A DNA stretch of 64,000 bases from an uncultured Pseudomonadales bacterium (GTDB lineage: Bacteria; Pseudomonadota; Gammaproteobacteria; Pseudomonadales; Azotimanducaceae): NCBI GenBank assembly GCA_964638775.1, contig CAZWZH010000066.1:334-64333 (forward strand). The letters run 5' to 3'. This document shows, one piece after another, positions 45,688 through 55,678 of this stretch (the first letter of the stretch is position 1; every line of letters starts with the position of its first letter). A program made the position numbers and the translations under genes. Under the pieces are notes generated by a model. It had not been told where the DNA came from and made no database searches. It saw only the letters and a list, made by a program, of their open reading frames with translations.

Positions 45688-46290
45688 TTAGAAGTCGATG
45701 CCGCGTACCGCCTTGATGCCCGCATCGAAGGGATGCTTGACGGCGTGCATCTCGCTGACCAGGTCGGCGTATTCGCACAGGGCGGGCTTCGCGTCCCGCC
45801 CGGTGAGGATGACGCTGGTGCGCGGGGAGCGGGATTCGAGGCCCTCTAGAACGGACTCTTCCGACAAATAGTCGTAGTGCAGGGCGATGTTGATCTCGTC
45901 CAGAACGACCAGGTCGTAGCCGCCGCTCTCGAGCATTTCGCGCGCCTTCCGGAACGCAGCCTGAGCGGTGGCCGTGTCGCGCTCCAGGTCCTGGGTGTCC
46001 CAGGTGAATCCCTCGCCCATGGTGTGCCAGTCGATGCGGCCCTCGAAATTCGCGAAGAACTGGCGCTCGCCGGTTTTCCAGGTGCCCTTGATGAACTGCA
46101 CCACGCCGACCCGCTGGCCCCAGCCGAGGGCTCGCACGATCACGCCGAAGGCGGAACTCGACTTGCCCTTGCCTTCGCCGGTATAGACCAACACCAGGCC
46201 CCGGTCCGGCGTGGATGCCGCCTTGACCCGCTTGCGGTGCGCGGCCTGCTGGACCTTCATCTTTTCGGCATGGCTTGTCGCGTCGCTCAT
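45688..46290 (-). CDS. cobO: Cob(I)yrinic acid a,c-diamide / cob(I)alamin adenosyltransferase
   Basis: VYTGEGKGKSSSAFGVIVRALGWGQRVGVVQFIKG ... LVVLDEIN ... ADLVSEMHAVKHPFDAGIKA. Confidence 0.9.
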   Translation of the reverse strand: MSDATSHAEKMKVQQAAHRKRVKAASTPDRGLVLVYTGEGKGKSSSAFGVIVRALGWGQRVGVVQFIKGTWKTGERQFFANFEGRIDWHTMGEGFTWDTQDLERDTATAQAAFRKAREMLESGGYDLVVLDEINIALHYDYLSEESVLEGLESRSPRTSVILTGRDAKPALCEYADLVSEMHAVKHPFDAGIKAVRGIDF

Positions 46291-46293
46291 GAA

Positions 46294-46839
46294 TCAGTCT
46301 CCCGGTGGGGGCTCGTTGGCGTCAGAGAGTGCCATGATGCCACCAAAATCCACGGAGACACCAAAATCCCGCGCCGTCGTGCCATTCCCGGAGAAGGCGG
46401 CCCTGATCACGCCGGAATGGGTAACGACGGCCATCGGTTCGCGCCGGGCCGACAAGTGCGTGAGGGCCTCCCGGACCCGGCCCTGCAGCATGGCGACGCT
46501 TTCCCCGCCGTGGGGCCTGGCGTGCATGAAGTCGTTGGACCAGACGTCCAGTTCCGATGCGGGCAGTGCCGACCAGGCGCGCCCTTCCCAGGCGCCGAAA
46601 TCCATCTCCGTCAGGCGCTGGTCAAACTCCAGTGGCACCTCCAGCGCGGCCGCGATGAATCGCGCCAGTTTCCGGCAGCGGCTCAACGGGCTGGAGACCA
46701 CCCGGCGCAATTCGGGCAAGGCCTGGAGCACATTGGCCGCTTCGTCGGCGAACGTGTTCAGGACACCCACGTCCAGGCGCCCGTAGCAGAGGCCCTCCGC
46801 CACATCCGGACGGGTATGGCGCACGAGGATCAGGCCCAC
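46294..46839 (-). CDS. cobC: Histidine-phosphatase family protein, alpha-ribazole phosphatase by context
   Basis: LILVRHTRP (RHG-type motif), ...GGES..., VVTHSGVIR. It sits between cobS and cobO. Confidence 0.75.
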   Translation of the reverse strand: MGLILVRHTRPDVAEGLCYGRLDVGVLNTFADEAANVLQALPELRRVVSSPLSRCRKLARFIAAALEVPLEFDQRLTEMDFGAWEGRAWSALPASELDVWSNDFMHARPHGGESVAMLQGRVREALTHLSARREPMAVVTHSGVIRAAFSGNGTTARDFGVSVDFGGIMALSDANEPPPGD

Positions 46840-47714
46840 GCGCCCACTCCCGCGCAGACACCCAGGTAGAGCCCGACTTCACTGGCCTGCTGAACGGCGC
46901 CCAGGGTGTCGCCGGTGTAGCCGCCCAGTTTGCGCTCGAAGCAGAGCCGCATCAGCGCGTGCCCGGCGATGAGCCCGGCGAGCGCGAGAACGGTGGCCAG
47001 AGGCCCAAGCGTTCGAAACAGCCCGGCCACGACCAGCAGCCCGGTGACGAGAATCACCAGCCAGCTTCCAGACCCCAGGCGGTTGGCGAGCGGGGTGGCG
47101 ATGCCCGCCGTACGGACATAGGCGCTGGTCTGCATGACGACGATGCAGGACAGGCGGGAAAGCCCGTGGCCGGCGACAAACGCGAGGCAGACGGCGAGTG
47201 GCGCGAGAGAGGCGAGGGTGGCGACCTTGAGTGCCAGCGCGATGACGAGCGCGACGGCGCCGAAGGTTCCAAGGCGGCTGTCGCGCATGACTTCCAGCAT
47301 GCGGTCGCGGTCTGTGCGGCCGGGTTCGCCGGGGTGCCCGTCGGCACTGCCGGCCGGGGTGTCGCCGGCGTGTTTGCCGGCACTTTCTCCGGTGCCCTGG
47401 CTGCCCCGCCGGCACGCGGCAATGCCGATACCGTCAAAAGTGTCAGCCAGCCCGTCTTCGTGCAGGGCGCCCGTAATCGCCAGTCCGGCCGCTACGGCCA
47501 GAATCACCGCGACGGCAGCGGGCAGGACGAGATTCGCCGGCCAGAACACCGCGGCACAGAGACCGCCGATGAGAGCGCCGACGAGGGGGTAGTAGCGCAC
47601 GGAGGCGGCGAGGCGTTCCGGGCTGAAAGCGTCGTCGGCCGGGCCCGGCAGCCGGGTGAGGAATTGCAGGGCGAGGGCGAACGCCTGCAGTTCGTTGCGG
47701 GCCACGCGCCTCAT
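46830..47714 (-). CDS. cobS: Adenosylcobinamide-GDP ribazoletransferase (cobalamin synthase)
   Basis: ALQFLTRLP, GALHEDGLADTFDG, MRDSRLGTFG. Polytopic membrane protein, 294 aa, with a low-complexity insert. Confidence 0.85.
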   Translation of the reverse strand: MRRVARNELQAFALALQFLTRLPGPADDAFSPERLAASVRYYPLVGALIGGLCAAVFWPANLVLPAAVAVILAVAAGLAITGALHEDGLADTFDGIGIAACRRGSQGTGESAGKHAGDTPAGSADGHPGEPGRTDRDRMLEVMRDSRLGTFGAVALVIALALKVATLASLAPLAVCLAFVAGHGLSRLSCIVVMQTSAYVRTAGIATPLANRLGSGSWLVILVTGLLVVAGLFRTLGPLATVLALAGLIAGHALMRLCFERKLGGYTGDTLGAVQQASEVGLYLGVCAGVGAWA

Positions 47715-47769
47715 TTGCCGCGGCCTTTCCGGTCTGTCGCCGCTCCGTCGGCTGCTCGTCCGGCCCGTC

Positions 47770-48825
47770 TCATGACTTGCCGCTGACGCCGGCGGAACGG
47801 AAGCTCGCCATGTCGCGCAGTATCGCGGCGGCCGCCCGCACCAACGGCCAGGCGAGCAGGGCGCCGGTGCCTTCGCCGAGCCTCAGGCCCAGGTCGAGCA
47901 GGGGCCGGGCGCCCATCGCCTCAAGCACCACGGCATGGCCGGATTCCGCCGAGCGATGGGCGAACACCAGGTGGCGCTCCAGGCCGGGCATCATTCGCAG
48001 TGCCGCCAGGGCAGACACCGTTGCGATGAAGCCGTCCACCAGCACCAGCTTGCCCGCTTCGGCGGCGCCCATGACGGCGCCGGCCAGCATGACGGTCTCG
48101 AAGCCGCCGTATTCGGCCAGGGCCGCCAACGGTTCGAGTTCTCCCGGCGTTCGGCCCGCGGCGGCTTCAAGGATGCGCCGCTTCCTGGCAAGGCCGTGGT
48201 CGTCGAGGCCCGTGCCGCGCCCCACAAGGCTGCCCACCGGCAGGCCGAGCAGCTTGGCCGCCACGAGGCTTGCCGAAGAGGTGTTGCCGATGCCCATCTC
48301 GCCGAAGCACGCCGCTTCATGGCCCGGCTCGCCGCCGATGACACGGCCCTCCCGCAACGCGCGGCGGCATTGGGCCGCGGACATGGCCGCCCGTTCGGCC
48401 GAGCTGTTCGTACCGTTGCCGATGCGCACGGAAGCGAGGCCGGGCCCTTCGAGGGCCGGCCCCTTGACGCCGGCGTCGACCAGGGCGAATTCCACGCCGA
48501 GGGTCCTGGCCAATACGTTGGCGGCGGCGCCTCCGGCTAGGAAGTTCCGCAGCATCTGCCGGGTCACTTCCTGGGGATAGGCGGAAACGCCGGCTTGCGC
48601 GATGCCATGGTCGGCGGCGAATACGGTAAGCCGGCAGCGTTCTGCAGTGGGTTCGAGTGTCTGCTGCACCTCGGCGATCTGCGCCGCGAGGGTTTCCAGC
48701 CGGCCCAGGGCGCCGAGCGGCTTGGTCTTGCCGTCGATGGCGTCGCGAACCGCACGCAGGAACGCTGCCGTTTCAGCCGATGCCGTTTTGCCTTTGCTGG
48801 CTGTGGAAGACTTCGCTTCAGGCAT
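47770..48825 (-). CDS. cobT: Nicotinate-nucleotide--dimethylbenzimidazole phosphoribosyltransferase
   Basis: KTKPLGALGRLE ... VFAADHG ... GEMGIGNTSSAS ... LRLGEGTGA. The likely start is MPEAK at 48825. Confidence 0.9.
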   Translation of the reverse strand: MPEAKSSTASKGKTASAETAAFLRAVRDAIDGKTKPLGALGRLETLAAQIAEVQQTLEPTAERCRLTVFAADHGIAQAGVSAYPQEVTRQMLRNFLAGGAAANVLARTLGVEFALVDAGVKGPALEGPGLASVRIGNGTNSSAERAAMSAAQCRRALREGRVIGGEPGHEAACFGEMGIGNTSSASLVAAKLLGLPVGSLVGRGTGLDDHGLARKRRILEAAAGRTPGELEPLAALAEYGGFETVMLAGAVMGAAEAGKLVLVDGFIATVSALAALRMMPGLERHLVFAHRSAESGHAVVLEAMGARPLLDLGLRLGEGTGALLAWPLVRAAAAILRDMASFRSAGVSGKS

Positions 48826-49109
48826 TTGCCGGAACTCCCCCTTCGAATGCCGGCTGGCAGACCGGGCGAACACTAACGACTTTGCCGCGCCACGCGCAAG
48901 CGCCCGCCTGGGGGCTGCCGGCAGGCTCCGGTTTGACTGGCAGCAGGCGCCGCACCATGATGCCCTGTTGGCCCGGCGGGCAAACGATCCTGTGCCTATC
49001 GTGTTGGCGTTTGCACGCCAGCGGGGGCTTTTTGCGGATTTCCGCCCCGCGGGCCGACGGACTGGCCGAAGTCGGCCGGGCTGCGGCGGGTACAGGAGGA
49101 GCCGGGTTC

Positions 49110-50288
49110 ATGGAAGGTCGTATCCACTTCACGGCGATGCAGTTGGTGTCGCTCACGGCGGTGCTGCTACTGGCCTTCGCCGCATCCCTCGGAATGGCCT
49201 TCAATGTCGATGCGGTGGTCCTGTCGTTTTCGGCCACAAACTTCCAGGCGGGGCTGGTGGCATCCACGGAACTGAGCGGCATCGCCGCCGGCAACCTGCT
49301 GCTCGGCAGGCTGGCCACGCGGCTGAACGCGCGCCGTGTGTACCTGCTGGGTGCGCTGGCCATCGCCGGATTCAACTTTTTGTCGCTGTTCACGAACTCT
49401 GTTTGGGAACTGCTGGCGCTGCGCGCGCCGGCCGGTTTTGCGCTGGGCGCGGTGCTGTCTACCGTGATGGCTACCGCCGCCCGGTCAGCCACTCCGGAAC
49501 TGACGTTCGGCGTCATCAATTCCCTGGTGGGCGTCATGGGCCTGACCCTTGCTTTCGTGTTGCCCCGGGCGCTGCACGCACACCTGCTGGCGAACGAAGT
49601 GTCGCCCTCTTTTCTGGACTGGAATGAGCTGGACGGGCTGTATGCCGTGTACATTCTCTGTTCCCTGCTTGCGCTCGCATTCATTCGGGGCACCCCGGTG
49701 CCGAAACCGCTGCCGCCCGCCGACCCGGCTGCGGGATCACCGTCGAAGGGGGTCGGCTGGCTCGCCCTGCTGGGCCTCGGCGTCATGTTCTTCGGCCACG
49801 GAACGCTGGCGCTCTTCCTGGTGAGGGTCGGGCGCGAGATTCCCCTTGATGCGGAGACGATCGGCTATGTCCTGATGGCCGGCGCGCTGGTCGGCATCGC
49901 CTGCCCGCTGTTGGCCGGTTGGGTGGGCAGCCGCATGGCTCCGGGGCTGCCGATCGCCGTCATCGTCGCGATCTTGCTGGTTACCGGCGTGTCGCTGTCC
50001 AATGTGGGCACGGTGCCGGCCTTCTTCATCGCCACCCCGGTGTTCGCGGCCCTGATCACCGCGGTAATGCCGATCATGCTCGGCGTTCTGGCGCGATTCG
50101 ATCCATCCGGCGGGCTTGCGGCTTCTCATCCGGCCTTCATCATGATCGCCGGTGCGGTCGCGCCCTTTGCCGGTGGCTTCATCAGCGACGCATCGGGTGG
50201 CTTCGCGGCGAACGGCTGGTTTGCCGCCGCCTGCATATTCGTCGGCGCGCTGCTTTGCAGGCCGGTGATGAGCCAGGCGCGGCGATAG
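49110..50288 (+). CDS. MFS transporter
   Basis: ~392 aa, 12 hydrophobic segments. AGGAGGA lies 10 nt upstream of the ATG at 49110. Confidence 0.75.
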   Translation: MEGRIHFTAMQLVSLTAVLLLAFAASLGMAFNVDAVVLSFSATNFQAGLVASTELSGIAAGNLLLGRLATRLNARRVYLLGALAIAGFNFLSLFTNSVWELLALRAPAGFALGAVLSTVMATAARSATPELTFGVINSLVGVMGLTLAFVLPRALHAHLLANEVSPSFLDWNELDGLYAVYILCSLLALAFIRGTPVPKPLPPADPAAGSPSKGVGWLALLGLGVMFFGHGTLALFLVRVGREIPLDAETIGYVLMAGALVGIACPLLAGWVGSRMAPGLPIAVIVAILLVTGVSLSNVGTVPAFFIATPVFAALITAVMPIMLGVLARFDPSGGLAASHPAFIMIAGAVAPFAGGFISDASGGFAANGWFAAACIFVGALLCRPVMSQARR

Positions 50289-50313
50289 GCCGGTCCGGCC
50301 AGCCCGACGCCGT

Positions 50314-52179
50314 TCAGAACCGGGAGATGCTCTCGGGCGGCCAGGCGCTGCAGCCGAGCGCCTCGTACTCGGCGCCGTCGAACAGGCCCGTATCCCGGAA
50401 CGTGCGCACGTAAGTGGCGCAGTGCACGAACTTGTCGCCGAAGTCCGCATCGGCGATCAACTCCGCCTTCAACGTCTCGTAGGTCAGCGTCTCGTCGTCC
50501 ATGCGGATGCCGCCGTCGTCGGGCGTATCGAGAATGATCTGGGTCTGGCCGTTCTGCCCCCAGGCGAGCCAGGGCGTCTCGGTGGCGCCGCGGCCGCTGC
50601 CCGGGTCGCCCGTGTAGGCGAACTCGGCCCAGTAGGACATCATGCTGTTCGACAGCCGCCACTGGTTCTCGTCGTCGGGGTAGACGTAGCCGAGACCCAG
50701 GCCGTTGAACTCGCCGAACACGAAACCGATCTCCAGGGCGTGGGCCGCGCCCAGCGCAACGCTCAGGTCGTAGCCCATGATGCTCGGTTCCTCGTCCCAG
50801 TCGAACCGGTAGGCGTACACGTGCGGGTTTCCGGATGCGGTCATGGCCCGGGCAAGCTCATCGACCCCCCTGACTTTCCAGGCCCGCCCGCCGTAGTGTG
50901 CCAGGGAGCGGTAGGTCTGTTCGTCCTTCAGGGAATAGAAGATGCCGAGGATGTTGTTTACGTACCTCGGGTCCCTGGTCATGAACAGCGTCGGCTCGTC
51001 CCGGTTGACGCCGAGGATGACGGGAACCTGGTTGTGGCTGCCGGCGCTCGAGAAGATGTCGCCGGCAGGCAGGTTCGGCAGCACGTGGCCGTCGCCGAAA
51101 CTGTCGGGCAGGTCGGCCATGCCGAAGGCGCCGCCTTCGAGTGCGGCGAATATCTCCCCGGGCGACTTGCCGTAGAGGTACTCCCGCGCTTCGGCGCTGC
51201 CCCAGGCCTGCTGGTGTTCCCGTGCGCTTTGGCCGTTTGCGGCGATGCCGTCGGCGATCAGCAGGCGGTCGACGATTTCCGGGGCGCTGAAGTCGTGACC
51301 CCCGTCGTCGCTGTAGTTGCGGCCCCGGACGGGATCGGTCGCCTCGAACCCGCCGCTCTGCACGATGGCGCGGTGAAAAAGCCCCGCGGCCAGCGGGGAG
51401 GCCATCATCGCGAGGCTGTTGTAGGCGCCCGCGGATTCGCCGAATACGGTGACGCGGCCGGGGTCGCCGCCGAATGCGGCGATGTTGTCCCGGGTCCATT
51501 CGAGGGCCCGCACCAGGTCGAGCGTGCCGTAGTTGCCCGAGTCGTCGGCGGGGTCGCCGGTTTGCAGCGCGGGGTGGTTGAACCAGCCGAAGACGCCGAG
51601 GCGGTAGTTGGTGGTGACCACCACCAGGTTGTGCGCCGTGGCGAGCCGGGCGCCGATGAAGCTGCCGGCGTGACCGATGGAATTGCCGCCGCCGTGGATC
51701 CAGACCATCACGGGCAGGTTGCGCGCGTTCGGCGGCGACCAGATGTTGAGGTAGAGGCAGTTCTCGTTGCCGGCCACGCTCGGTTCGCTGTCAAGACCGT
51801 CGCCGCTGAGAATGCTCGCGAACTGGGGACACATGGGACCCGCGGCCAGGGTCTCGGTAACCGCGGCGGACCGCACCGGCGGCTGCGGAGCGCGCCAGCG
51901 CAACTCGCCGACCGGCGGCGCGGCGAAGGGTACGCCCATCCAGGCGCGGGCGCCGAAGTCGTCGATGAACCCGACCACCTCGCCGCCTTCGGTGTTCCTG
52001 AGGGTGGTGTTGTCCCGCACCGGGGGCGCCTCCGGTTCGGGGAGGCCGGCGATGTACAGCACGCCGCCGGCAACGACGACGACCGCGATGGCGATGAGGA
52101 TGATGGCTGCTTTTTTCACGATGCCTCTCTCAAACTTCAAAGCCCCCGGCCCGGAGGCGCGGGGTTGGAAGCGGCGCAT
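50314..52179 (-). CDS. Type-B carboxylesterase/lipase family protein, membrane-anchored or secreted
   Basis: ENCLYLNIW, VMVWIHGGG, FGESAGA (nucleophile elbow GESAG). N-terminal anchor KKAAIILIAIAVVVVAGGVLYIAG. Start uncertain. Confidence 0.85.
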   Translation of the reverse strand: MRRFQPRASGPGALKFERGIVKKAAIILIAIAVVVVAGGVLYIAGLPEPEAPPVRDNTTLRNTEGGEVVGFIDDFGARAWMGVPFAAPPVGELRWRAPQPPVRSAAVTETLAAGPMCPQFASILSGDGLDSEPSVAGNENCLYLNIWSPPNARNLPVMVWIHGGGNSIGHAGSFIGARLATAHNLVVVTTNYRLGVFGWFNHPALQTGDPADDSGNYGTLDLVRALEWTRDNIAAFGGDPGRVTVFGESAGAYNSLAMMASPLAAGLFHRAIVQSGGFEATDPVRGRNYSDDGGHDFSAPEIVDRLLIADGIAANGQSAREHQQAWGSAEAREYLYGKSPGEIFAALEGGAFGMADLPDSFGDGHVLPNLPAGDIFSSAGSHNQVPVILGVNRDEPTLFMTRDPRYVNNILGIFYSLKDEQTYRSLAHYGGRAWKVRGVDELARAMTASGNPHVYAYRFDWDEEPSIMGYDLSVALGAAHALEIGFVFGEFNGLGLGYVYPDDENQWRLSNSMMSYWAEFAYTGDPGSGRGATETPWLAWGQNGQTQIILDTPDDGGIRMDDETLTYETLKAELIADADFGDKFVHCATYVRTFRDTGLFDGAEYEALGCSAWPPESISRF

Positions 52180-52220
52180 GTTAAAGCTCCGGGCGGAGCA
52201 GCGCGAGCCTTCGTACTGCC

Positions 52221-52440
52221 CGGACATCCAGACGAAGCGGCAACGCACCGTCGTGCCGCCGTTGTTCGACTACCGGTACGCCAGCCCGCCGCGTATGTGG
52301 GGCGTGGAGGTGGCCCGGAATGGTCGTGGACATCCACAAGAATGGTCGTGGACATCCACAGGCAGCGGCAACGCACCGTCGTGCCGCCGCTGTTCGACTA
52401 CCGGAACTTCAGCCCGCCGCGAGTGGGGCGCGTGGGGGGT
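52221..52440. repeat. Composite tandem duplication (~128-bp unit x2, plus a 20-mer x2) in the esterase/CoA-transferase divergent intergenic region
   Basis: The 57-bp blocks 52237-52293 and 52365-52421 differ at only a few positions (gcggcaacgcaccgtcgtgccgccg(t/c)tgttcgactaccgg...cagcccgccgcg). aatggtcgtggacatccaca occurs at 52319-52338 and again at 52341-52360. Confidence 0.85.
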
Positions 52441-52568
52441 GGTCTGGAACCTGCGGCGGCGGCCTTCCTCGCGCGTTGCGGACGTTTGCGGAAATGCCCG
52501 CCCGGTCCCGTTTGTGAGGGTTTCCCCGCTGTGGTACAAGCGGCACCCTTACCCTCAAGGAGCCTCGA

Positions 52569-53750
52569 GTGGGACCGCTGGAGCACATCCGGGTACTCGA
52601 TCTTACCCACGCCAGGGCAGGGCCGTCGGCGGTGCGCCTGCTGGCCGACTGGGGTGCGGATGTCATCAAGATCGAGGTTCCGGCCGCGGCACGCCGGGGC
52701 AACAGCATTGGCGGCGACCGGCACGGCCCGGACGAGCAGAACCTGCACCGCAACAAGCGCAGCCTCACCCTAGACCTGAAGAATCCGCGGGGCCACGCGC
52801 TGTTCATGCGGCTGGCCGAAGGCGCCGACGTGGTGGTGGAGAATTTCAAGGCCGATGTGAAGCACCGGCTGGGGGTCGACTACGATTCCGTCAAGGCGGT
52901 CAATCCCGCCGTTATCTACGCCAGCATTTCCGGGTTCGGCCAGAGCGGCCCCTACAGCAGCCGCGCCGGCGTGGATCAGATCGTGCAGGGCATGAGCGGG
53001 CTCATGTCGATCACCGGCCCGCCGGACAGCGGGCCCTGGCGCGTCGGCATCGCCATCAGCGACACCTCGGCGGGCATGTTCCTGGGCCAGGGAATTCTGC
53101 TGGCGCTCCTGCACCGGGAACGGACGGGAGAGGGGCAGTGGGTGCACACCTCGCTCTTCGAGGCGATGCTAAACAAGCTCGACTTCCAGGCCGCGCGTTA
53201 CACGATGAACGGCGAAGTGCCCCGGCAACAGGGCAACGACCATCCATACCTCATTCCGATGGGCGCCTTTCGCTGCAAGGACGGCCTGGTGAACATCGCA
53301 GCATCCGGCGGGCGCCTGTGGAAGCGTTTCTGCGAGGCGGTTGGGGCGGAGGAACTGTTGGGCAGGCCGGAGTACGCGACCCCCCGGGGGCGTGTTGAGC
53401 GCAAAGCGGCCCTCAATGCGGAAATCGAGGCGGTGACAGCGCGCTTCACCACCGCTGAACTGGTGCGCAAGCTGAACGCCGTGGGCGTGCCTTGCGGGCC
53501 GATCAACGACATCGGCCAGGCGTTCGAGGACGAACACGCGCAGCATCTGGGCATGGCGAAAGCGGCGCCGCATCCGGAGTTGGGCGACGTGAACCTGATT
53601 CGTTCGCCGATCAACCTGAGCGCTTTTCCGCGGGCGGAGCGGTTCGACAGGGCGGCGCCCGATCCCGGAGCCGACTCCGATACCATTCTGGGTGAATTGG
53701 GGTGTGGACGAAGCGAGATCGAGTCGTTGCGCGCCGACGGCGTGATCTAG
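52569..53750 (+). CDS. Family III CoA-transferase (CaiB/BaiF)
   Basis: GPLEHIRVLDLTHARAGPSAVRLLADWGADVIKIE ... GVDQIVQGMSGLMSITG. GTG start. Confidence 0.9.
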   Translation: MGPLEHIRVLDLTHARAGPSAVRLLADWGADVIKIEVPAAARRGNSIGGDRHGPDEQNLHRNKRSLTLDLKNPRGHALFMRLAEGADVVVENFKADVKHRLGVDYDSVKAVNPAVIYASISGFGQSGPYSSRAGVDQIVQGMSGLMSITGPPDSGPWRVGIAISDTSAGMFLGQGILLALLHRERTGEGQWVHTSLFEAMLNKLDFQAARYTMNGEVPRQQGNDHPYLIPMGAFRCKDGLVNIAASGGRLWKRFCEAVGAEELLGRPEYATPRGRVERKAALNAEIEAVTARFTTAELVRKLNAVGVPCGPINDIGQAFEDEHAQHLGMAKAAPHPELGDVNLIRSPINLSAFPRAERFDRAAPDPGADSDTILGELGCGRSEIESLRADGVI

Positions 53751-55096
53751 ACCTGAATTCGGTGGACACGGAAAGGCTCACCAGTTCCGAGCGCGTGGGG
53801 TACGGAATCGCCGATTTCGGCATCAACCTGTACTTCATCTCCGCGATGACGTACCTGCTCTACTTCTACACCGACGTGTTCGGCCTCAGCGCCGCCGCCG
53901 CGGCAGGCGTGATGGGCGTTGCGCGGCTGGTCGACGCGGTGACGGATCCGATCATGGGCGGCATCGCCGAGCGAACCCGCAGCCGCTGGGGGCGATTGCG
54001 TCCCTACCTGCTCTTCGGTGCGCTGCCCCTCGCCGCTCTTGGGGTACTGACGTTCACGGTGCCGGGGCTCGACACCCTCGGCAAGCTGTGGTGGGCCTAC
54101 ATCACCTACACGGCATTCGGCATCGCCTACACGGTGGTATCGATCCCGTACTCGGCGCTGACCGCGTCGCTCACCTCCAACCACGAAGAGCGCACGCTGC
54201 TCTCGACCATTCGCATGGCCTGCGCGTTCGGCGGCGGGGTGGTCGTATCCGGCATCACCTGGGACCTGGTCGGCTGGTTCGACAGCGAAGCGGAGGGCTA
54301 CCGGTGGTCGATGCTGCTCTACGCCATAGCGGCAACCGCGTTGCTATGGGTGACGTTCGCCATGACCAGGGAGCGCATTCAGCCGCCGGCGGAGCAGAAG
54401 CTGAAGATCTCCGACAGCGCCAGGGCGGTGCTGTTCAACCCGCCGCTGATCGTGGTGATTGTGATGTTCACCGGCGGCATGCTCTCGTTCACGGTGCGCC
54501 AGGCCGTCGCTCCCTACTTTTTCAAGTACAACCTGGAGCGGCCGGACCTGGTGGGAACCTGGTTCCAGGTGACGCTGTCGATCATGTTCCTGGGGCTGCT
54601 GGTCACGCCGCTGCTGGCGCGCCGGTACGGCAAGGCGGGCGGGATTCTCATCGGTGCGCTGGCGACTATCGTGGCTGCTGCGGGGATGTACTTCACGCCT
54701 TATTCCGAGATTGAGCTGATCTTCTTCTGGGGTTGCGTGATGGCATTGGGCGGTACCCCGATCGCCGTGCTCGGCTGGGCTATGTTGCCGGACACCGTGG
54801 ACTACGCCCAGTGGCGCCACGGGGTGCGTGCGGACGGGGCCATTTTCTCGATGTCTAGTTTCTTTCAGAAGCTCGCGAAGACCATCGGCGGCGCCGGGAT
54901 AGCTGGGGTGCTGGCGTTGGCGGGTTATGTGGCGAATGCTGAACAGACGGAGGCATCGCTGGCGGCGATACACGGGCTGATGACGCTGGCTCCGGCCGCC
55001 ATCATGGTGGTGATGGTGCTGGCGGCTAGGGCGTATCGGCTGGATGCGGGGGCGCATCGGAGGTTGCTGGCGGAGATGGATGCGGGGCGGTCTTGA
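53702..55096 (+). CDS. GPH-family (glycoside-pentoside-hexuronide:cation) symporter-like MFS transporter
   Basis: VGYGIADFGINLYFISAMTYLLYFYTDVFGLSAAAAAGVMGVARLVDAVTDPIMGGIAERT is the GPH signature region. Start uncertain; as drawn, it overlaps the upstream gene. Confidence 0.8.
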   Translation: MWTKRDRVVARRRRDLDLNSVDTERLTSSERVGYGIADFGINLYFISAMTYLLYFYTDVFGLSAAAAAGVMGVARLVDAVTDPIMGGIAERTRSRWGRLRPYLLFGALPLAALGVLTFTVPGLDTLGKLWWAYITYTAFGIAYTVVSIPYSALTASLTSNHEERTLLSTIRMACAFGGGVVVSGITWDLVGWFDSEAEGYRWSMLLYAIAATALLWVTFAMTRERIQPPAEQKLKISDSARAVLFNPPLIVVIVMFTGGMLSFTVRQAVAPYFFKYNLERPDLVGTWFQVTLSIMFLGLLVTPLLARRYGKAGGILIGALATIVAAAGMYFTPYSEIELIFFWGCVMALGGTPIAVLGWAMLPDTVDYAQWRHGVRADGAIFSMSSFFQKLAKTIGGAGIAGVLALAGYVANAEQTEASLAAIHGLMTLAPAAIMVVMVLAARAYRLDAGAHRRLLAEMDAGRS

Positions 55097-55170
55097 CGTT
55101 GACGAAAACGGTTCGTGACGGACCTGCGGGCTGGACTTCACGTGCTATGCTGTTGCGTTCGTTCCGCATC

Positions 55171-55261
55171 GGAGAGGTGCCGGAGCTGGCCGAACGGGCC
55201 TGACTCGAAATCAGGTGATCTCTTGCGGGATCCGTGGGTTCGAATCCCACCCTCTCCGCCA
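55171..55261 (+). tRNA. tRNA-Ser (anticodon CGA), long variable arm, encoded CCA
   Basis: Acceptor stem GGAGAGG/CCTCTCC. Anticodon stem-loop cctga-CTCGAAA-tcagg. Variable arm gtgatctcttgcgggatc. T arm gtggGTTCGAATCccac. 3' end GCCA. Confidence 0.9.
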
Positions 55262-55678
55262 ATAATTCAATAAAAACAATGTCTTATAAAACTTGTACCC
55301 CATTTTGTACCACAAATTAGCTAGGCTTGAACGGGTCGTGCCCCTACGATTCGCGCAGTTCCACGCTGTCTTGACCGCCGCATCCCTTTTTCGACGCCGC
55401 ACGCCGCAACCGCATTTGTTCGTCTGCGACATGGCCGGCATCGCTTTCCCTGTCAGAATCGTTCATACCGCTTTTTCTACTCCGATGGTCGTGCGGCATC
55501 TTCTCCGAAACCGAGATCGATAAACTCAAGGGACACGGAAGTCGACTCCAGCGTAACCGGTCAGTCAGTCTGAGGCGTTTCTCCAACAAGGACTTGGCCA
55601 AGGCGCTACGGTTGTCCGACGGCCGCGTAATGCGGTTCTTGACCTCCGCGAAGGAATCCCGGCAGACCCCTACCAGAG

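Noticed and set aside
48826-49109. Second cobalamin riboswitch upstream of cobT
   Set aside because: The minus strand has B12-box-like GGAGCCTGCCGG and GGTGCGG/GGAAATCCGC fragments. It lacks the canonical GGGAA...GGTG..AA..CC...CCCGCAACTGTAA core and GCCACTG element in the right order. An Infernal RF00174 scan would settle it.
50422-53398. 783-aa and 543-aa plus-strand ORFs overlapping the esterase gene and the intergenic repeats
   Set aside because: They are antisense to or out of frame with the carboxylesterase (GESAGA), and they run through a non-coding tandem repeat. The composition is artefactual.
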